DNA of 64,000 nt from Candidatus Eiseniibacteriota bacterium (GCA_044223005.1 JBGAML010000011.1:41169-105168); one strand, 5' to 3'. Shown: positions 20,866 to 30,925, counted from the stretch's first letter. Notes: generated from the sequence alone by a model not told the origin. Made by a program: numbers and translations.

Positions 20866-22515
20866 ATGAAGTTCCTGGCGTCGCTCGTGAAGTGGGGGCA
20901 TACCCGCGGCTACAACGCGGGAATCCTCCACTTCAACCGCGGCGAGTTCGCGCGCGCGGCCGAGTGCTTCGAGGAGGTCCTGGGCGAGAACCGGGACCCC
21001 GACGATCCGGATCACTGCCTCGCGCTGGTGCATGCGGCCGAAGCGCGCGCCAACCTCGGGCTGGCGTTCTTCCACGCGGGTGAGTTCGCCCGCGCCGAAG
21101 CCGAGTTCGACAGGGCACTCGAGGAGAACCCGACCTTCCCGGACCTGCGCTACTACCGCGCGCGCATCTACGAGCGCTCGGGGCGGCTCGCGGAGGCGGT
21201 CGCGGACCTGGAGCAGGCGCTCGCGGAGCACCCGCACTACCTCGAAGGCCACCTGCTGCTCGCGGTCTGCCTCGGCCTGCAGGGCGAGCGCGAGCGGTCG
21301 ACGGCCGAGCTGGGCGAGGCCCTCTCGCTCGGGCTCGAGGCGCCGGAGTGGGTGACGCCGGCCGTCGCGCGCGAGTGGACCGGCGAGCAGTGGCGCCGGC
21401 TCCTGCCCGGAGGCGAGGCGCGGCCGCTCGGCAACGGCGCGCGGCCGCTCGATCGCGCGCTGGCGCACCACCAGGCCGGCGACCTCGCCGGCGCGGTGGC
21501 CGAGCTCAAACGCGCGGTGGAGGAGAAGCCGGCGTACGCCGACCTGCGCTGCCGGCTCGCGGGGCTGCTGCTCGAGGGCGGGCGCGCCGACGAGGCGATG
21601 GACCAGCTCAAGGTCGCGCTCGAGCTGAACCCGCGCTACCTCGAGGCGCGGCTGCTCGCCGCGCGCACCGAGCTGGAGCGCGGCCACGCGGGCGCGGCGT
21701 GCGAGCACGTCGAAGCGGCGATCGAGGCCAACCCGGACTATCCCGACCTGCACTTCTGGCTCGGGCTCGCGCGCTTCCGCGCCGGCGACCTCGCCGCGGC
21801 CGTGTCGCCGCTCGAGCGCGCCGTGGAGCTGAACCGCCAGTTCGCGCGCGCGCAGCGGCTGCTCGGGCTCGTCTACCACGCGCTCGGCCGCTACGACGAC
21901 GCCCTGCGTGCGGTGCGCCGCGGGCTCTCGCGCGATCGCGAGGTGCCGCAGACGTCGCTGGCGATCGCGCAGCTGCTCTACGATACGGGCGACTACGACG
22001 GCGCCGAGGCCGCGCTCCTGCGCGCGCTGGCGGTCAACGCGTCGTACCCCGACCTGCACCTGCTCCTCGGCCGGCTGCGCCGGGCGCAGAACCGGCTCGA
22101 GGAATCCGCCGCGGCCTACGCGCGCGCGCTGGAGCTCAAGCCCGAGTACGGCGCCGCCGCGCTCGAGCGCGGGAGCGTGCTCATGGAGATGGGCCGGCTG
22201 CCGCAGGCGGACCATGTGCTCGCGGAGCTCGCGGCGCGCCGTCCCGGCTGGGCGGATGCGCACGCGCTGCTCGGCCGCACGCGGCTCATGGCGGGGGATG
22301 CGCCCGCGGCCGAGGCGCCGTTGCGCCGGGCGCTGGAGATCAACCCGGGCTTCGCCGCCGCGCGTGCCGACCTCGGCTGGGCGCTGCTGCTTCAGGGGCG
22401 CGCGAACGAGGCCGACCGCGAGTTCGCCGAGTCGCTCGAGATGGACCCCCTGAACGCCCTGCCGCGCCAGCAGCTCGAGTGGCGCGAACTCCTGGTCACC
22501 GCCCGCGAGAACTGA
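20866..22515 (+). CDS. Multi-TPR protein
   Basis: Repeated helical units ending NPTFPDL, HPHYLE, KPAYADL, NPRYLEA, NPDYPDL, NPGFAAA; starts 5 bp after ftsZ. Confidence 0.85.
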   Translation: MKFLASLVKWGHTRGYNAGILHFNRGEFARAAECFEEVLGENRDPDDPDHCLALVHAAEARANLGLAFFHAGEFARAEAEFDRALEENPTFPDLRYYRARIYERSGRLAEAVADLEQALAEHPHYLEGHLLLAVCLGLQGERERSTAELGEALSLGLEAPEWVTPAVAREWTGEQWRRLLPGGEARPLGNGARPLDRALAHHQAGDLAGAVAELKRAVEEKPAYADLRCRLAGLLLEGGRADEAMDQLKVALELNPRYLEARLLAARTELERGHAGAACEHVEAAIEANPDYPDLHFWLGLARFRAGDLAAAVSPLERAVELNRQFARAQRLLGLVYHALGRYDDALRAVRRGLSRDREVPQTSLAIAQLLYDTGDYDGAEAALLRALAVNASYPDLHLLLGRLRRAQNRLEESAAAYARALELKPEYGAAALERGSVLMEMGRLPQADHVLAELAARRPGWADAHALLGRTRLMAGDAPAAEAPLRRALEINPGFAAARADLGWALLLQGRANEADREFAESLEMDPLNALPRQQLEWRELLVTAREN

Positions 22516-22542
22516 CCCGGCGGCCCCGGCAGGGAGAGACAC

Positions 22543-22578
22543 CGCGGCCCGGCCACCCCGAGGGGTGCCGGGCCGCGA
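22543..22578. terminator. GC hairpin between convergent genes
   Basis: CGCGGCCCGGC...GCCGGGCCGCG inverted repeat between the TPR gene and rpmB. Confidence 0.5.
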
Positions 22579-22599
22579 ACGTTTCGCGCGAAGGGCGTG

Positions 22600-22818
22600 T
22601 CAGACGGCGGTGTGCGCGGACTTGCGACCGCGGACGGCCTTCTCGACCTTGCCGCTGCGCAGGCAGCGGGTGCACACGACCACCTTCTGGGCGCGGCCGT
22701 CGACCAGCGCGCGCACGCTCTGCAGGTTCGGCTTGAAGGTGCGCTTGGTCACGTTGTTGGCGTGGCTGACGTTCTGGCCAGCCATGCGCAGCTTGCCGCA
22801 CACGGAGCACTTCGCCAT
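22600..22818 (-). CDS. rpmB: 50S ribosomal protein L28 (CxxC zinc-ribbon form)
   Basis: MAKCSVCGK...[20 protein letters not shown]...[10 protein letters not shown]. Confidence 0.97.
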   Translation of the reverse strand: MAKCSVCGKLRMAGQNVSHANNVTKRTFKPNLQSVRALVDGRAQKVVVCTRCLRSGKVEKAVRGRKSAHTAV

Positions 22819-22918
22819 GGGTCTCTCCTGAAAGGGTGAAGCAGCGCTCGTCGGCTCGCCACACGGGCGGGGCCGGGCGCAGCCGGAGCGCCTGGATCAG
22901 TTGCGAAAAGGCCCGGGA

Positions 22919-22947
22919 ACTATACGCGAGGGCCCCGGGGGGCGCAA
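22919..22947 (-). promoter_or_regulatory. sigma70-type promoter of rpmB
   Basis: Minus strand TTGCGC-N17-TATAGT. Confidence 0.55.
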
Positions 22948-23046
22948 GCGGGCCGGGCCGCGGAGCTTGCCGCCCCGCGGCCCGCCGCCGCAGGTCCTCC
23001 CGGCGCCCCGGAAGGCCCGTGGGGCGCTCCCGGGGCCCGGCGCGAT

Positions 23047-23880
23047 TCAGACCTCGAGCAGCTCGCCGGGCACCGTGCCGGCCCGCTCACGGGCCGGCTC
23101 GGGCTTGCGCGCGAGGGCGGGTGGGTTCGAGCCACGGGGGGACCCGGGGCGCGGCGTCGCCACGAACATGACCGAGAAGCTGAACGGCTCGGGCACGAGC
23201 GCTCCCGGCGAGCGGCGTTGCTTCACGATCTGCATGTTGTGCCGGATCGTGTGCGAGAGCCAGCGCCAGTCGAAGCCCGCGTGGCCGGTGCCGTGCGGCG
23301 GCACGCGGTCCAGCTGGTAGAGCCCGGCCCAGAACACCTCGCGCCACGGGCGGTTCTTCGCGCGGCCGTAGCGCATGAGCCACGAGCCGCCGTTCTTGAT
23401 CCAGATCGCCGGGCCGACCTCGATCGGCACCGACGCGACGAACAGCCGCGGCGAGAGCGCGGCGATGTTCTCGACGATGCGAACGACGTCGTGCTCGGGG
23501 ATGTGCTCGAGCGTCTCGAGCGCGCAGACCATGTGCGGCTGCCCGAGTTCGCTCCAGAGCGCCGGGTCGGCGGCCGAGCGGTTCAGCACGCGGAAGTTCG
23601 CGCGGGGGCCGTAGCGCTCGCGCGCGAGCGCGCAGAACTCGGGGTTGATCTCGACGCCCGTGTACTCGATCGGCGCGCGCGCGTCGAGCACCTCGTAGAG
23701 CCGCGCCATCGCGCACCCGATCTCGACGATCCGCAGCGGCCGTTCGTCGGTCATGCGCTGCAGCAGCTCGAGATTGCGGAGCATGCTCTTGTAGCGGAAG
23801 GAGTGCAGCCAGCGGGTGATCGAGTTGTACTGCTGGTTCCGCTCGTAGGCGGTCTCGTTCGCGTAGCGGGTGTGGCGCAT
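23047..23880 (-). CDS. Class I SAM-dependent methyltransferase
   Basis: RIVEIGCAMA (motif I), YTGVEIN, ALETLEHIP. Start taken at MRHTRY; the longer ORF is antisense to recG. Confidence 0.75.
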   Translation of the reverse strand: MRHTRYANETAYERNQQYNSITRWLHSFRYKSMLRNLELLQRMTDERPLRIVEIGCAMARLYEVLDARAPIEYTGVEINPEFCALARERYGPRANFRVLNRSAADPALWSELGQPHMVCALETLEHIPEHDVVRIVENIAALSPRLFVASVPIEVGPAIWIKNGGSWLMRYGRAKNRPWREVFWAGLYQLDRVPPHGTGHAGFDWRWLSHTIRHNMQIVKQRRSPGALVPEPFSFSVMFVATPRPGSPRGSNPPALARKPEPARERAGTVPGELLEV

Positions 23881-24159
23881 CGCACGCTCCCTCGCCCGCG
23901 CGGCAGGATGGGGGCCGTGGGTGCGCATCGATCGTTGGGCCGGGGTGCGCGCGGTCGCGTTCGGCTCGCGGGGAGCGGGGGGCGCGTGGGCGAGACGTGC
24001 CGTGGGACGACACCCCACGGACGGAGATTTGGCCGGCGGCGTTCGCCGGACGCCTCCATCTTCCGCCTCCGGCGCGTCCGGGGCCAAGCGGGATTTCGCG
24101 CCCCCGGGCGGGGCCGGGGCCCCGGTGACAAGCCGCGCCGCCCCCCGTAATCTCGCGCC

Positions 24160-26277
24160 ATGACCGCATCCTCGCCGCCCGGCGGCCGCACGAGCGCCCC
24201 CCGCCACCTGGATCCCCGCTCTCGGGTCCAGTTCCTTCCGGGCGTGGGCCCGCAGCGGGCGATGGCGTTCGAGCGGCTGGGGATCGTGTCGATCGAGCAC
24301 CTGCTGCGGCACTACCCGCGTGAATGGCTCGACGCGAGCCGGTTCGTGGCCGTGAAGGACCTGAAGCCCGGCGCCCTGCTCACGGTGGTCGGGCAGGTGA
24401 AGCACGCGGCCGCACTGCGCACGCGCGGTGGGCGTGGCGACTTCGCCGCCACGATCGCCGACGACACGGGCACGGTGGGCTGCTACTTCTTCGGCCAGAG
24501 CTTCCTCGCGCGCACGCTCACGCCCGGCGTGCGCGTGGTCGTGAGCGGCGAGTACGACGCGATCGACCGGCGCTTCACGAACCCGCTCTTCGAGGTCGTC
24601 GAGGGCGAGCTCGAACAGCTGCTGCACGCGGGCCGGCTCGTGCCGGTGCACGCGCTCACGAAGGGCGTCACGGCCCGCGGCATGCGCGCCGCGGTGGGCC
24701 ACGCGCTCGAAGCCGTCGCGGACCAGGTCGCCGATCCCGTGCCGCCCGAGGTGCTCGCCGCGCGCGGGATGGGGCCGCTCGGCGCGGCGCTGCGCGCGAT
24801 CCATTTCCCCGAATCGGCCGCGGCGCTCGACCAGGCGCGGCGGCGGCTCGCCTTCGAGGAACTCTTCCAGCTGCAGATGGTGATGGAGCTGCGCCGGCGC
24901 GTGCTCGCCGAGGAGGGCGAGGCGCTGGTGCTGCGCGCGAGCGGGGCGCTGGCCACGCGCGTGCGCGAGACGCTGCCGTTCACGCTCACCGACGACCAGG
25001 CCGCCGCGGTCGCCGACGTCACGGCCGATCTCGGCAAGCCGCGGCCCATGCACCGGCTCGTGATCGGCGACGTGGGCAGCGGCAAGACCGTCGTCGCGCT
25101 GCTCGCCGCGGCGCACGCGCTCGAGGCCGGGCACCAGGTCGCGTTCATGGCGCCGACCGAAGTGCTCGCGCGCCAGCACGCGCTCACGCTGTCGCGCTTC
25201 GCGACGCCGGCGGGGATCGAGGTGGCCACGCTCACGGGCGCCAGCACGGCGGCGCAGCGGCGGCTGCTCGCCGCCCGGCTCGCCGCCGGGGAGCCGCTGC
25301 TCGTGGTGGGCACGCACGCGCTGCTCGAGGACAAGGTGAAGATGCCCACGCTCGCGCTCACGATCGTGGACGAGCAGCACCGCTTCGGCGTCAAGCAGCG
25401 CGCGGAGCTGGCGAAGAAGGGCGTGCTGCCGCACGTGCTCGTGCTGACGGCGACACCGATCCCGCGCACGTTGCAGCTCGCGTGGTTCGGCGATCTCGAC
25501 GTGAGCGTGATCCGCGCACGCCCCGCGGGCCGCGGACGGCTGGTGACGCGCGTGACGGGCGAGGAGAAGTTCCCGCAGGTGATCGACTTCATGGCGAAGG
25601 AACTCGCCGCCGGCCGGCAGGCCTACGTGGTGGTGCCCGCGATCGAGGAGGGCGGCCGGCTGGAGGTGCGCGCGGCGGAATCCGAGGTGGGGCGCCTGCG
25701 CGAACATCCGCTGCTGGCGAAGTACCGGATCGAGCTGCTGCACGGGCGCATGAAGTCCGACGAGAAGCTCGAGGTGATGCGCGCGTTCAAGGACGGCGAG
25801 GCGCAGGTGCTGGTCGCCACCACCGTGATCGAGGTCGGCGTCGACGTGCCCAACGCGACGCTGATGGTGGTCGAGAACGCCGAGCGCTTCGGGCTCACGC
25901 AGCTCCACCAGCTCCGCGGCCGCGTCGGGCGCGGCGAGCACCGCTCGGTCTGCGTGTTCGTGGGCGGCCCGCTGCTCACGCCCAGCGGCCGCGAGCGGCT
26001 CGAGGTGATGCGCACGACCGAAGACGGCTTCGCGCTGGCCGAGGCGGACATGCGCCTGCGCGGGCCCGGCGAGGTCTGGGGCACGCGCCAGTCCGGACTG
26101 CCGCGGCTCAAGGTGGCCAATCTCTGGCGCGACGAGGCGCTGCTCATGGACGCGCGCGAGGCCGCCCGCGCCGTGGTCGCCTCCGATCCGCAGCTGCTCC
26201 GGCCGGAGCACGCCCCACTACGCGTCGCCCTGCTCGCGCAGTATCGCGAACCGCTGGAACTCGCGCTGGCGGGGTAG
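24160..26277 (+). CDS. recG: ATP-dependent DNA helicase RecG
   Basis: GVGP, RRLAFEE, GDVGSGKT, DEQHRFGV, TATPIPRTL, QLHQLRGRVGRG, RGPGE. Confidence 0.97.
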   Translation: MTASSPPGGRTSAPRHLDPRSRVQFLPGVGPQRAMAFERLGIVSIEHLLRHYPREWLDASRFVAVKDLKPGALLTVVGQVKHAAALRTRGGRGDFAATIADDTGTVGCYFFGQSFLARTLTPGVRVVVSGEYDAIDRRFTNPLFEVVEGELEQLLHAGRLVPVHALTKGVTARGMRAAVGHALEAVADQVADPVPPEVLAARGMGPLGAALRAIHFPESAAALDQARRRLAFEELFQLQMVMELRRRVLAEEGEALVLRASGALATRVRETLPFTLTDDQAAAVADVTADLGKPRPMHRLVIGDVGSGKTVVALLAAAHALEAGHQVAFMAPTEVLARQHALTLSRFATPAGIEVATLTGASTAAQRRLLAARLAAGEPLLVVGTHALLEDKVKMPTLALTIVDEQHRFGVKQRAELAKKGVLPHVLVLTATPIPRTLQLAWFGDLDVSVIRARPAGRGRLVTRVTGEEKFPQVIDFMAKELAAGRQAYVVVPAIEEGGRLEVRAAESEVGRLREHPLLAKYRIELLHGRMKSDEKLEVMRAFKDGEAQVLVATTVIEVGVDVPNATLMVVENAERFGLTQLHQLRGRVGRGEHRSVCVFVGGPLLTPSGRERLEVMRTTEDGFALAEADMRLRGPGEVWGTRQSGLPRLKVANLWRDEALLMDAREAARAVVASDPQLLRPEHAPLRVALLAQYREPLELALAG

Positions 26278-26356
26278 GACATTTCGCTGTCCCGACCGCG
26301 CGCGTGGGCCTAGAATTGCAGCATCGTCCCCCGGAACCCCGCGCAGGAGGACTCCC

Positions 26357-26830
26357 ATGCGCCGCCCGCTCGCGATCCTCGCGATCGCGCTCCTGGTCAC
26401 GACCTTCCCGCTGCGCGCACACGCCGCCGTTTGCGACTGCCCGCCCACGCCCGAGTTCACCACGGCGTTCGACGGCTCGGCCTGGGTGTTCTCGGGGCAG
26501 GTGATCAGCCTGTCGCCGTTCGGCCAACCCGCGTACATCGTGCATCCCTACGAGCGGTGGAAGGCCCCGCTCCGCGGAGATCCGACGGTCGTCGTCACGG
26601 CCCCCGAGTCGACCGGTTGCGGCTATCCGTTCGTGATCGGGCAGGACTATCTCTTCTACACGAACGCCATCGACGTCGGCGTGACTCCCAACTTCGTTCC
26701 GTACGTCACGCTCTGCACGCGCACCGCACCGCTGGCCGGCAATCCCGACCTGGCGTTGCTGGGAACGTCGCTGCTGCCCGTGCCGGTCGCGCCGCGGACG
26801 TGGGGGAGGCTGAAGAGCGTCTACCGCTGA
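26357..26830 (+). CDS. Secreted TIMP/NTR-like protein with C-terminal TWGRLKSVYR motif
   Basis: RBS AGGAGG and signal peptide; CDC near the mature N-terminus, VFSGQV, CGYPF..GQDYLFY, LCTRT. Confidence 0.65.
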   Translation: MRRPLAILAIALLVTTFPLRAHAAVCDCPPTPEFTTAFDGSAWVFSGQVISLSPFGQPAYIVHPYERWKAPLRGDPTVVVTAPESTGCGYPFVIGQDYLFYTNAIDVGVTPNFVPYVTLCTRTAPLAGNPDLALLGTSLLPVPVAPRTWGRLKSVYR

Positions 26831-28122
26831 CGCGCGCCGTCAGGCGCCGGAGGGTTCGCGACGCGCCGTCCCGAGACGAATGCGAGCGCACCCGCGCCGG
26901 CGATGATCACCGCCGCGATCAGCAGCGCGGCGGGTGTGCCGAGGAGCGGCGTGGCCGCCGCGGCGATCCAGACCGAGACCTGGTTCGTCGCGCGCATGGC
27001 GAAGTCGCGCAGGCTGAACACGCGCCCGCGCTGGCTCGTGTCCGCGCCCTCCTGCAGCAGCGTCTCGGTGAGCACGAACGCAGGTGCCGCACACAGGCCG
27101 ACGAGGAACCCGGCGATCGCGAACACGGCGAAGCGCGTCGTGACCGCGATCGCGACCAGGAAGCCGCCGGCGGCGATGAGGCTCGTGCCCAGCACGATCG
27201 CTCGCGGCCACGACTTCGCGTAGCGGTTGACGAGCCACGTGCCGAGTCCGGCGCCGACCGCGAACGCGACCATGAGCAGCGAGAGACGCTGGGTACCCGG
27301 GATGCTCGCGGCGCGCTGGATGTGCTGCAGGCCCGCGACCTGCAGGAACCCGCCGCCCGCCCACACGGCGCCCAGCGCGACGAGCGCCAGGCCCACGGCC
27401 GGGCTGCGCCGCACCACGTTCAGGCCCTCGAGCAACTCGGCGAGGTAGCCCGCCGGTGCGGTCTCGCCGCTCACGGGGCGCGGCTTCGCGCGGTAGCGGA
27501 TCAGCGCGAGCGAGCCCACCGAGACGAGGTAGGTCACCGCGTTCACCCACATGACCGTGCTCCAGCCCAGGTGGTCGACGAGCCAGCCGCCCGCCAGCGC
27601 GCCGATCCCGGTGGCGACGATGCCGGCCACGGAGAGCAGCGTGTTCGCGGCGAGCAGCTGGTCGGGCGGCACCAGCTCGGGCGTCATCGCGCTCTTGGCG
27701 GGCAGGAAGAACACGTTGCACGTGAAGAGCAGGAACACCACCACGAACACGACGCTCACGGAATGCGTCGCCGCGTAGCCGATCGGGATCAGGGTCACGA
27801 GCAGCGCGCGCAGCGTGTCCGAGACGAGCAGGGTGCGCCGCAGGTTCCAGCGGTCGACCCACGGGCCGACGAACGGCGCGAAGAGCAGCACCGGCAGCAG
27901 CATCACCGTCGCGAGCAGGCCCAGCAGCACGCTCGAGCGGCCGACGTCGGCGAACGCCTTCGTGTGCGCGAGCAGGAGCCCGTTCAGGGCGAGGAAGTTG
28001 AGCCGCTCGCCGAGGATCGAGATCAGCTGCCCGCCCCAGAGCGACGCGAAGTCGCGCTGGAGCAGGAGCGGGGTCGCGGGCGCGGAGGCGGGACCGGGCG
28101 GCGGCGAGCCGGTCTCGGTCAT
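26821..28122 (-). CDS. MFS transporter
   Basis: RDFASLWGGQLISILGE, GPWVDRWNLRR (motif A), about 12 TM segments, RGRVFS. Confidence 0.9.
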   Translation of the reverse strand: MTETGSPPPGPASAPATPLLLQRDFASLWGGQLISILGERLNFLALNGLLLAHTKAFADVGRSSVLLGLLATVMLLPVLLFAPFVGPWVDRWNLRRTLLVSDTLRALLVTLIPIGYAATHSVSVVFVVVFLLFTCNVFFLPAKSAMTPELVPPDQLLAANTLLSVAGIVATGIGALAGGWLVDHLGWSTVMWVNAVTYLVSVGSLALIRYRAKPRPVSGETAPAGYLAELLEGLNVVRRSPAVGLALVALGAVWAGGGFLQVAGLQHIQRAASIPGTQRLSLLMVAFAVGAGLGTWLVNRYAKSWPRAIVLGTSLIAAGGFLVAIAVTTRFAVFAIAGFLVGLCAAPAFVLTETLLQEGADTSQRGRVFSLRDFAMRATNQVSVWIAAAATPLLGTPAALLIAAVIIAGAGALAFVSGRRVANPPAPDGARQR

Positions 28123-28129
28123 GGCGTGC

Positions 28130-29281
28130 TCAGGCCGCGCTGTGCCCGGTGAGTGCGGCGCGGTGGTGGCCGACGGCTTCGCGGTACACCGCTTCGATGC
28201 GGTCCACGACGCGCGGCCACGCGAAGTCGAGGGCGCGCTGGCGGCCGGCGGCGGCGATGCGGCCGCGGCGCTCGGAGTCGTCGACGAGCTGCGCCAGCAC
28301 GCGCGCGATCGCGCGCACATCGCCCGGCGGGAAGCACGCGGCGTTCTCGCCCGGCGTCACCACCGTGCGGTAGCCGGGAATGTCGGAGCACGCGAGCGCG
28401 CGCCCCGCGGCCATCGCCTCGACGAGCACGATGCCGAAGCTCTCATTGCCGGTCGCGGGCGAGCAGAAGACGTCGCCCGTGGCGTACCAGCGGGGCAGGT
28501 CGGCGCTCGGCACGTGGCCGAGAAAGTGCACGTGGCGCCGCGCCGAGTCGGCGACCTGCGCCTCGATCTGCGGCCGCAGGTACGAATCGCCGACCACCAG
28601 CAGTCGCGCGCGGCCGTCGGTGCGCTCGATCACCTCGGGCATCGCGGCGATCAGGTCCTGCACGCCCTTTCGCGGATCGAGCCGGCCCACGAACAGCAGG
28701 TTCACCTTGTCGCGATCGCGCCACTCGGAGAACGGGGCGACCAGCGGGTGGAAGCGCTCGACGTCCACGCCGTTGGGGATCGTGTGATAGGGCCCGGGAT
28801 AGTAGAGCTCGGCGGTCGCCTGCGCGGTCGAGGAGACGGCGATCTTGCCGTCGAGCTTCGCCATCAGCGGCCCCAGCGCGGGCTGGAAGAGGTCCTGCAG
28901 CGCCGTGCGGCCGCCGGTCGAGTGGAACGTGCCCACCGTGGGCCGGTCCGAGACCGCGATCGCCATCACCGGCAGCGTCGGGGCCGTGGGGCAGTGGACG
29001 TGGACCACGTCCAGATCCAGCTCGCGGATCGCGCGCTTCAGCTGGCCCTTCAAGCCCCAGCCGATGGTGAAGTCGACGAACGCGCGATTGAAGGGCACGA
29101 GGATGTTGTAGCCGATGCGCCGCACGCCTTCCCGTTCGCCCGTCTCGCCGCTGCGGAAGCGGCTCGTGAGGATCGTCACCTCGTGGCCGCGCCGGCGCAG
29201 TTCCACGGCCAGCGCGTGCACGTGCTCCGTGACGCCGCCGTAGCGGGGGTAGTACGACTGCGAGACGATCCCGATCTTCAC
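28130..29281 (-). CDS. GT4 glycosyltransferase, PimA-like
   Basis: KIGIVSQSYYPRYGGVTEHV, VHVH.P, VGTFHS, IPNGVD, GRLDPRKG, GNESFGIVLVEAMAAG, SDIPGY. Confidence 0.85.
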   Translation of the reverse strand: MKIGIVSQSYYPRYGGVTEHVHALAVELRRRGHEVTILTSRFRSGETGEREGVRRIGYNILVPFNRAFVDFTIGWGLKGQLKRAIRELDLDVVHVHCPTAPTLPVMAIAVSDRPTVGTFHSTGGRTALQDLFQPALGPLMAKLDGKIAVSSTAQATAELYYPGPYHTIPNGVDVERFHPLVAPFSEWRDRDKVNLLFVGRLDPRKGVQDLIAAMPEVIERTDGRARLLVVGDSYLRPQIEAQVADSARRHVHFLGHVPSADLPRWYATGDVFCSPATGNESFGIVLVEAMAAGRALACSDIPGYRTVVTPGENAACFPPGDVRAIARVLAQLVDDSERRGRIAAAGRQRALDFAWPRVVDRIEAVYREAVGHHRAALTGHSAA

Positions 29282-30171
29282 CCTTCGGCTCTCCGCGCCT
29301 CCCCGGCCGGTTCGGCGGCGGAACTCGGGGCGCCCTCCCACATCGGACGGAAGATGCACCACTGGTCGATGTGTTCGCGGATGTGGCGCTCGATCGTGCC
29401 GGCCACGGCCTGGTTCAGCGCTGCGACGGTCGGGAAGTCGGCGGGGTCGAGCGGCTTCTCCATCACCATCCGCCAGCGACCGGGGCGAACGCGCTCGCAG
29501 TAGCCGCAGATGACGAGGGCTCCCGTGCGCTGGGCGAGCACGCCGGGACCGGCCGGGAAGCTGTAGGTGCGGCCGAAGAACTCGACCTCGACGCCGTGGT
29601 TGTAGATGTCGCCGTCCACGACGAGCGCGACCGGATCGTTGTGCTCGAGCGCCCGGAGGAGCTTGCGGAACCCGTCCTCGGGCGACACGGTCTGGATCGA
29701 GAGCTCGGTCTTGGTCTCACGCACCGCCCCGGTCAGCCAGCGACCCAGCTGGACGCCCGCCACGGCGTAGAGCGTGTAGCCCATCTGCGCCAGCATGACG
29801 GCGGCCAGCTCCCAGTTGCCGATGTGAGAAGACGCCAGGACGACGCCGCGGCCACGGGAGAGGGCCTGCTCGAGGTGCTCGCGCCCGACCACCTCCACGT
29901 TCGCGAGCAGTTCCTCGCGCGAGACGTGCGGCAGGCGGAAGAACTCGAACATCATGCGGTTGTAGCTGCGCATCATCCGGCGGGCGACCCGGGAGCGCTC
30001 GCGCCGGGAGGCGCGGGGCATCATCACGGCCAGGTTCGCGAGCGCGCCATGGCGGCGCTCGGGGAAGAACCGGTAGTGGATCTCCGTGAAGGCGTCCGCG
30101 AGGAGGTAGCCGAGCCACGCGGGCATTCCGGCGATGAATGCCGTCAGCCAGCCATAGACGAGTCGCGACAT
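29278..30171 (-). CDS. Lipid acyltransferase, LpxL/PatA family
   Basis: GRGVVLASSHIGNWELAA, VALVVD, VEFFG..SFPAGP, HIDQWCIFRPMW; stop overlaps the GT start. Confidence 0.88.
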   Translation of the reverse strand: MSRLVYGWLTAFIAGMPAWLGYLLADAFTEIHYRFFPERRHGALANLAVMMPRASRRERSRVARRMMRSYNRMMFEFFRLPHVSREELLANVEVVGREHLEQALSRGRGVVLASSHIGNWELAAVMLAQMGYTLYAVAGVQLGRWLTGAVRETKTELSIQTVSPEDGFRKLLRALEHNDPVALVVDGDIYNHGVEVEFFGRTYSFPAGPGVLAQRTGALVICGYCERVRPGRWRMVMEKPLDPADFPTVAALNQAVAGTIERHIREHIDQWCIFRPMWEGAPSSAAEPAGEARRAEG

Positions 30172-30245
30172 GGTGGGCTCTCCATCCGCTGCTTGGACCG
30201 CTTCCCTGTGAAGCGGACGGGCTCCGGGGGTCCGGCTTTGCGAGG

Positions 30246-30275
30246 ACCGTAGGGGGGGCGCCTGGGGGGTGTCAA
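30246..30275 (-). promoter_or_regulatory. sigma70-type promoter of the acyltransferase-GT-MFS operon
   Basis: Minus strand TTGACA-N18-TACGGT. Confidence 0.5.
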
Positions 30276-30508
30276 GGTATGCGCGGGGAGCATCGGGACC
30301 CGGGAGCGCCGCTCGCTCGCGCATGCGCGCCCGGGTGCAACGCGAGGCGCGCGAGCCCCTTCGCGGTGGCGAGCCGCACGGCTGCGGGCGTAGGATGGGC
30401 GGCGGATGCACGGGCGGCACGTTCGGCGCGCCGCGGCCGCAACCACCGGTGTTGCCGGCGGTGTCCAGGAGGGATGCCGCGCCCGGGCGATCAGTGGAGG
30501 AAGACGTC

Positions 30509-30925
30509 ATGTCGAGCCAGAAGCTCGTGCGCTGCGAACTGCGCAAGAAGGGCGGCAGCCACACGCAGGTGCGTTTCGTCCCCCTCGAGATCTATGGCCT
30601 CTGGGAGCACCTCATGACGAGCAAGCACGGCTTCGAGGTGGTCACACCCCGTGCCTCGCTGTGGCTCGACATGGAGGACTCGCCGGATGCGGCGTATTCG
30701 GCGAACCAGTACGAACGCGTGACCGAAGTCACCGCGTACGTCTATTCGGACCGCGACGAGATGTTCACGCGCGCCCGCCGCTACTTCCCGGCCGAGGAGT
30801 CGTCTCAGTTGAAGGGGATCTTCCTCTCGCACTACACGGGCAACGGCGAGGGGCGCATCCAGACCCAGGTCCACGAGCGCCAGGGGATCTGGATCCTGCG
30901 CGAGAAGATGGCCGTCACGCCCTGA
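30509..30925 (+). CDS. Hypothetical cytoplasmic protein (138 aa)
   Basis: RBS GGAGGA, typical codon usage and globular composition (MSSQKLVRCELRKK...); no family recognised. Confidence 0.8.
   Translation: MSSQKLVRCELRKKGGSHTQVRFVPLEIYGLWEHLMTSKHGFEVVTPRASLWLDMEDSPDAAYSANQYERVTEVTAYVYSDRDEMFTRARRYFPAEESSQLKGIFLSHYTGNGEGRIQTQVHERQGIWILREKMAVTP

Noticed and set aside
19387..22542. Many long alternate-frame and antisense ORFs (for example 1051 aa here, 1012 aa at 33573, 932 aa at 33886)
   Set aside because: Arg/Ala/Pro-rich shadows of real genes, expected at this GC content; no recognisable motifs.
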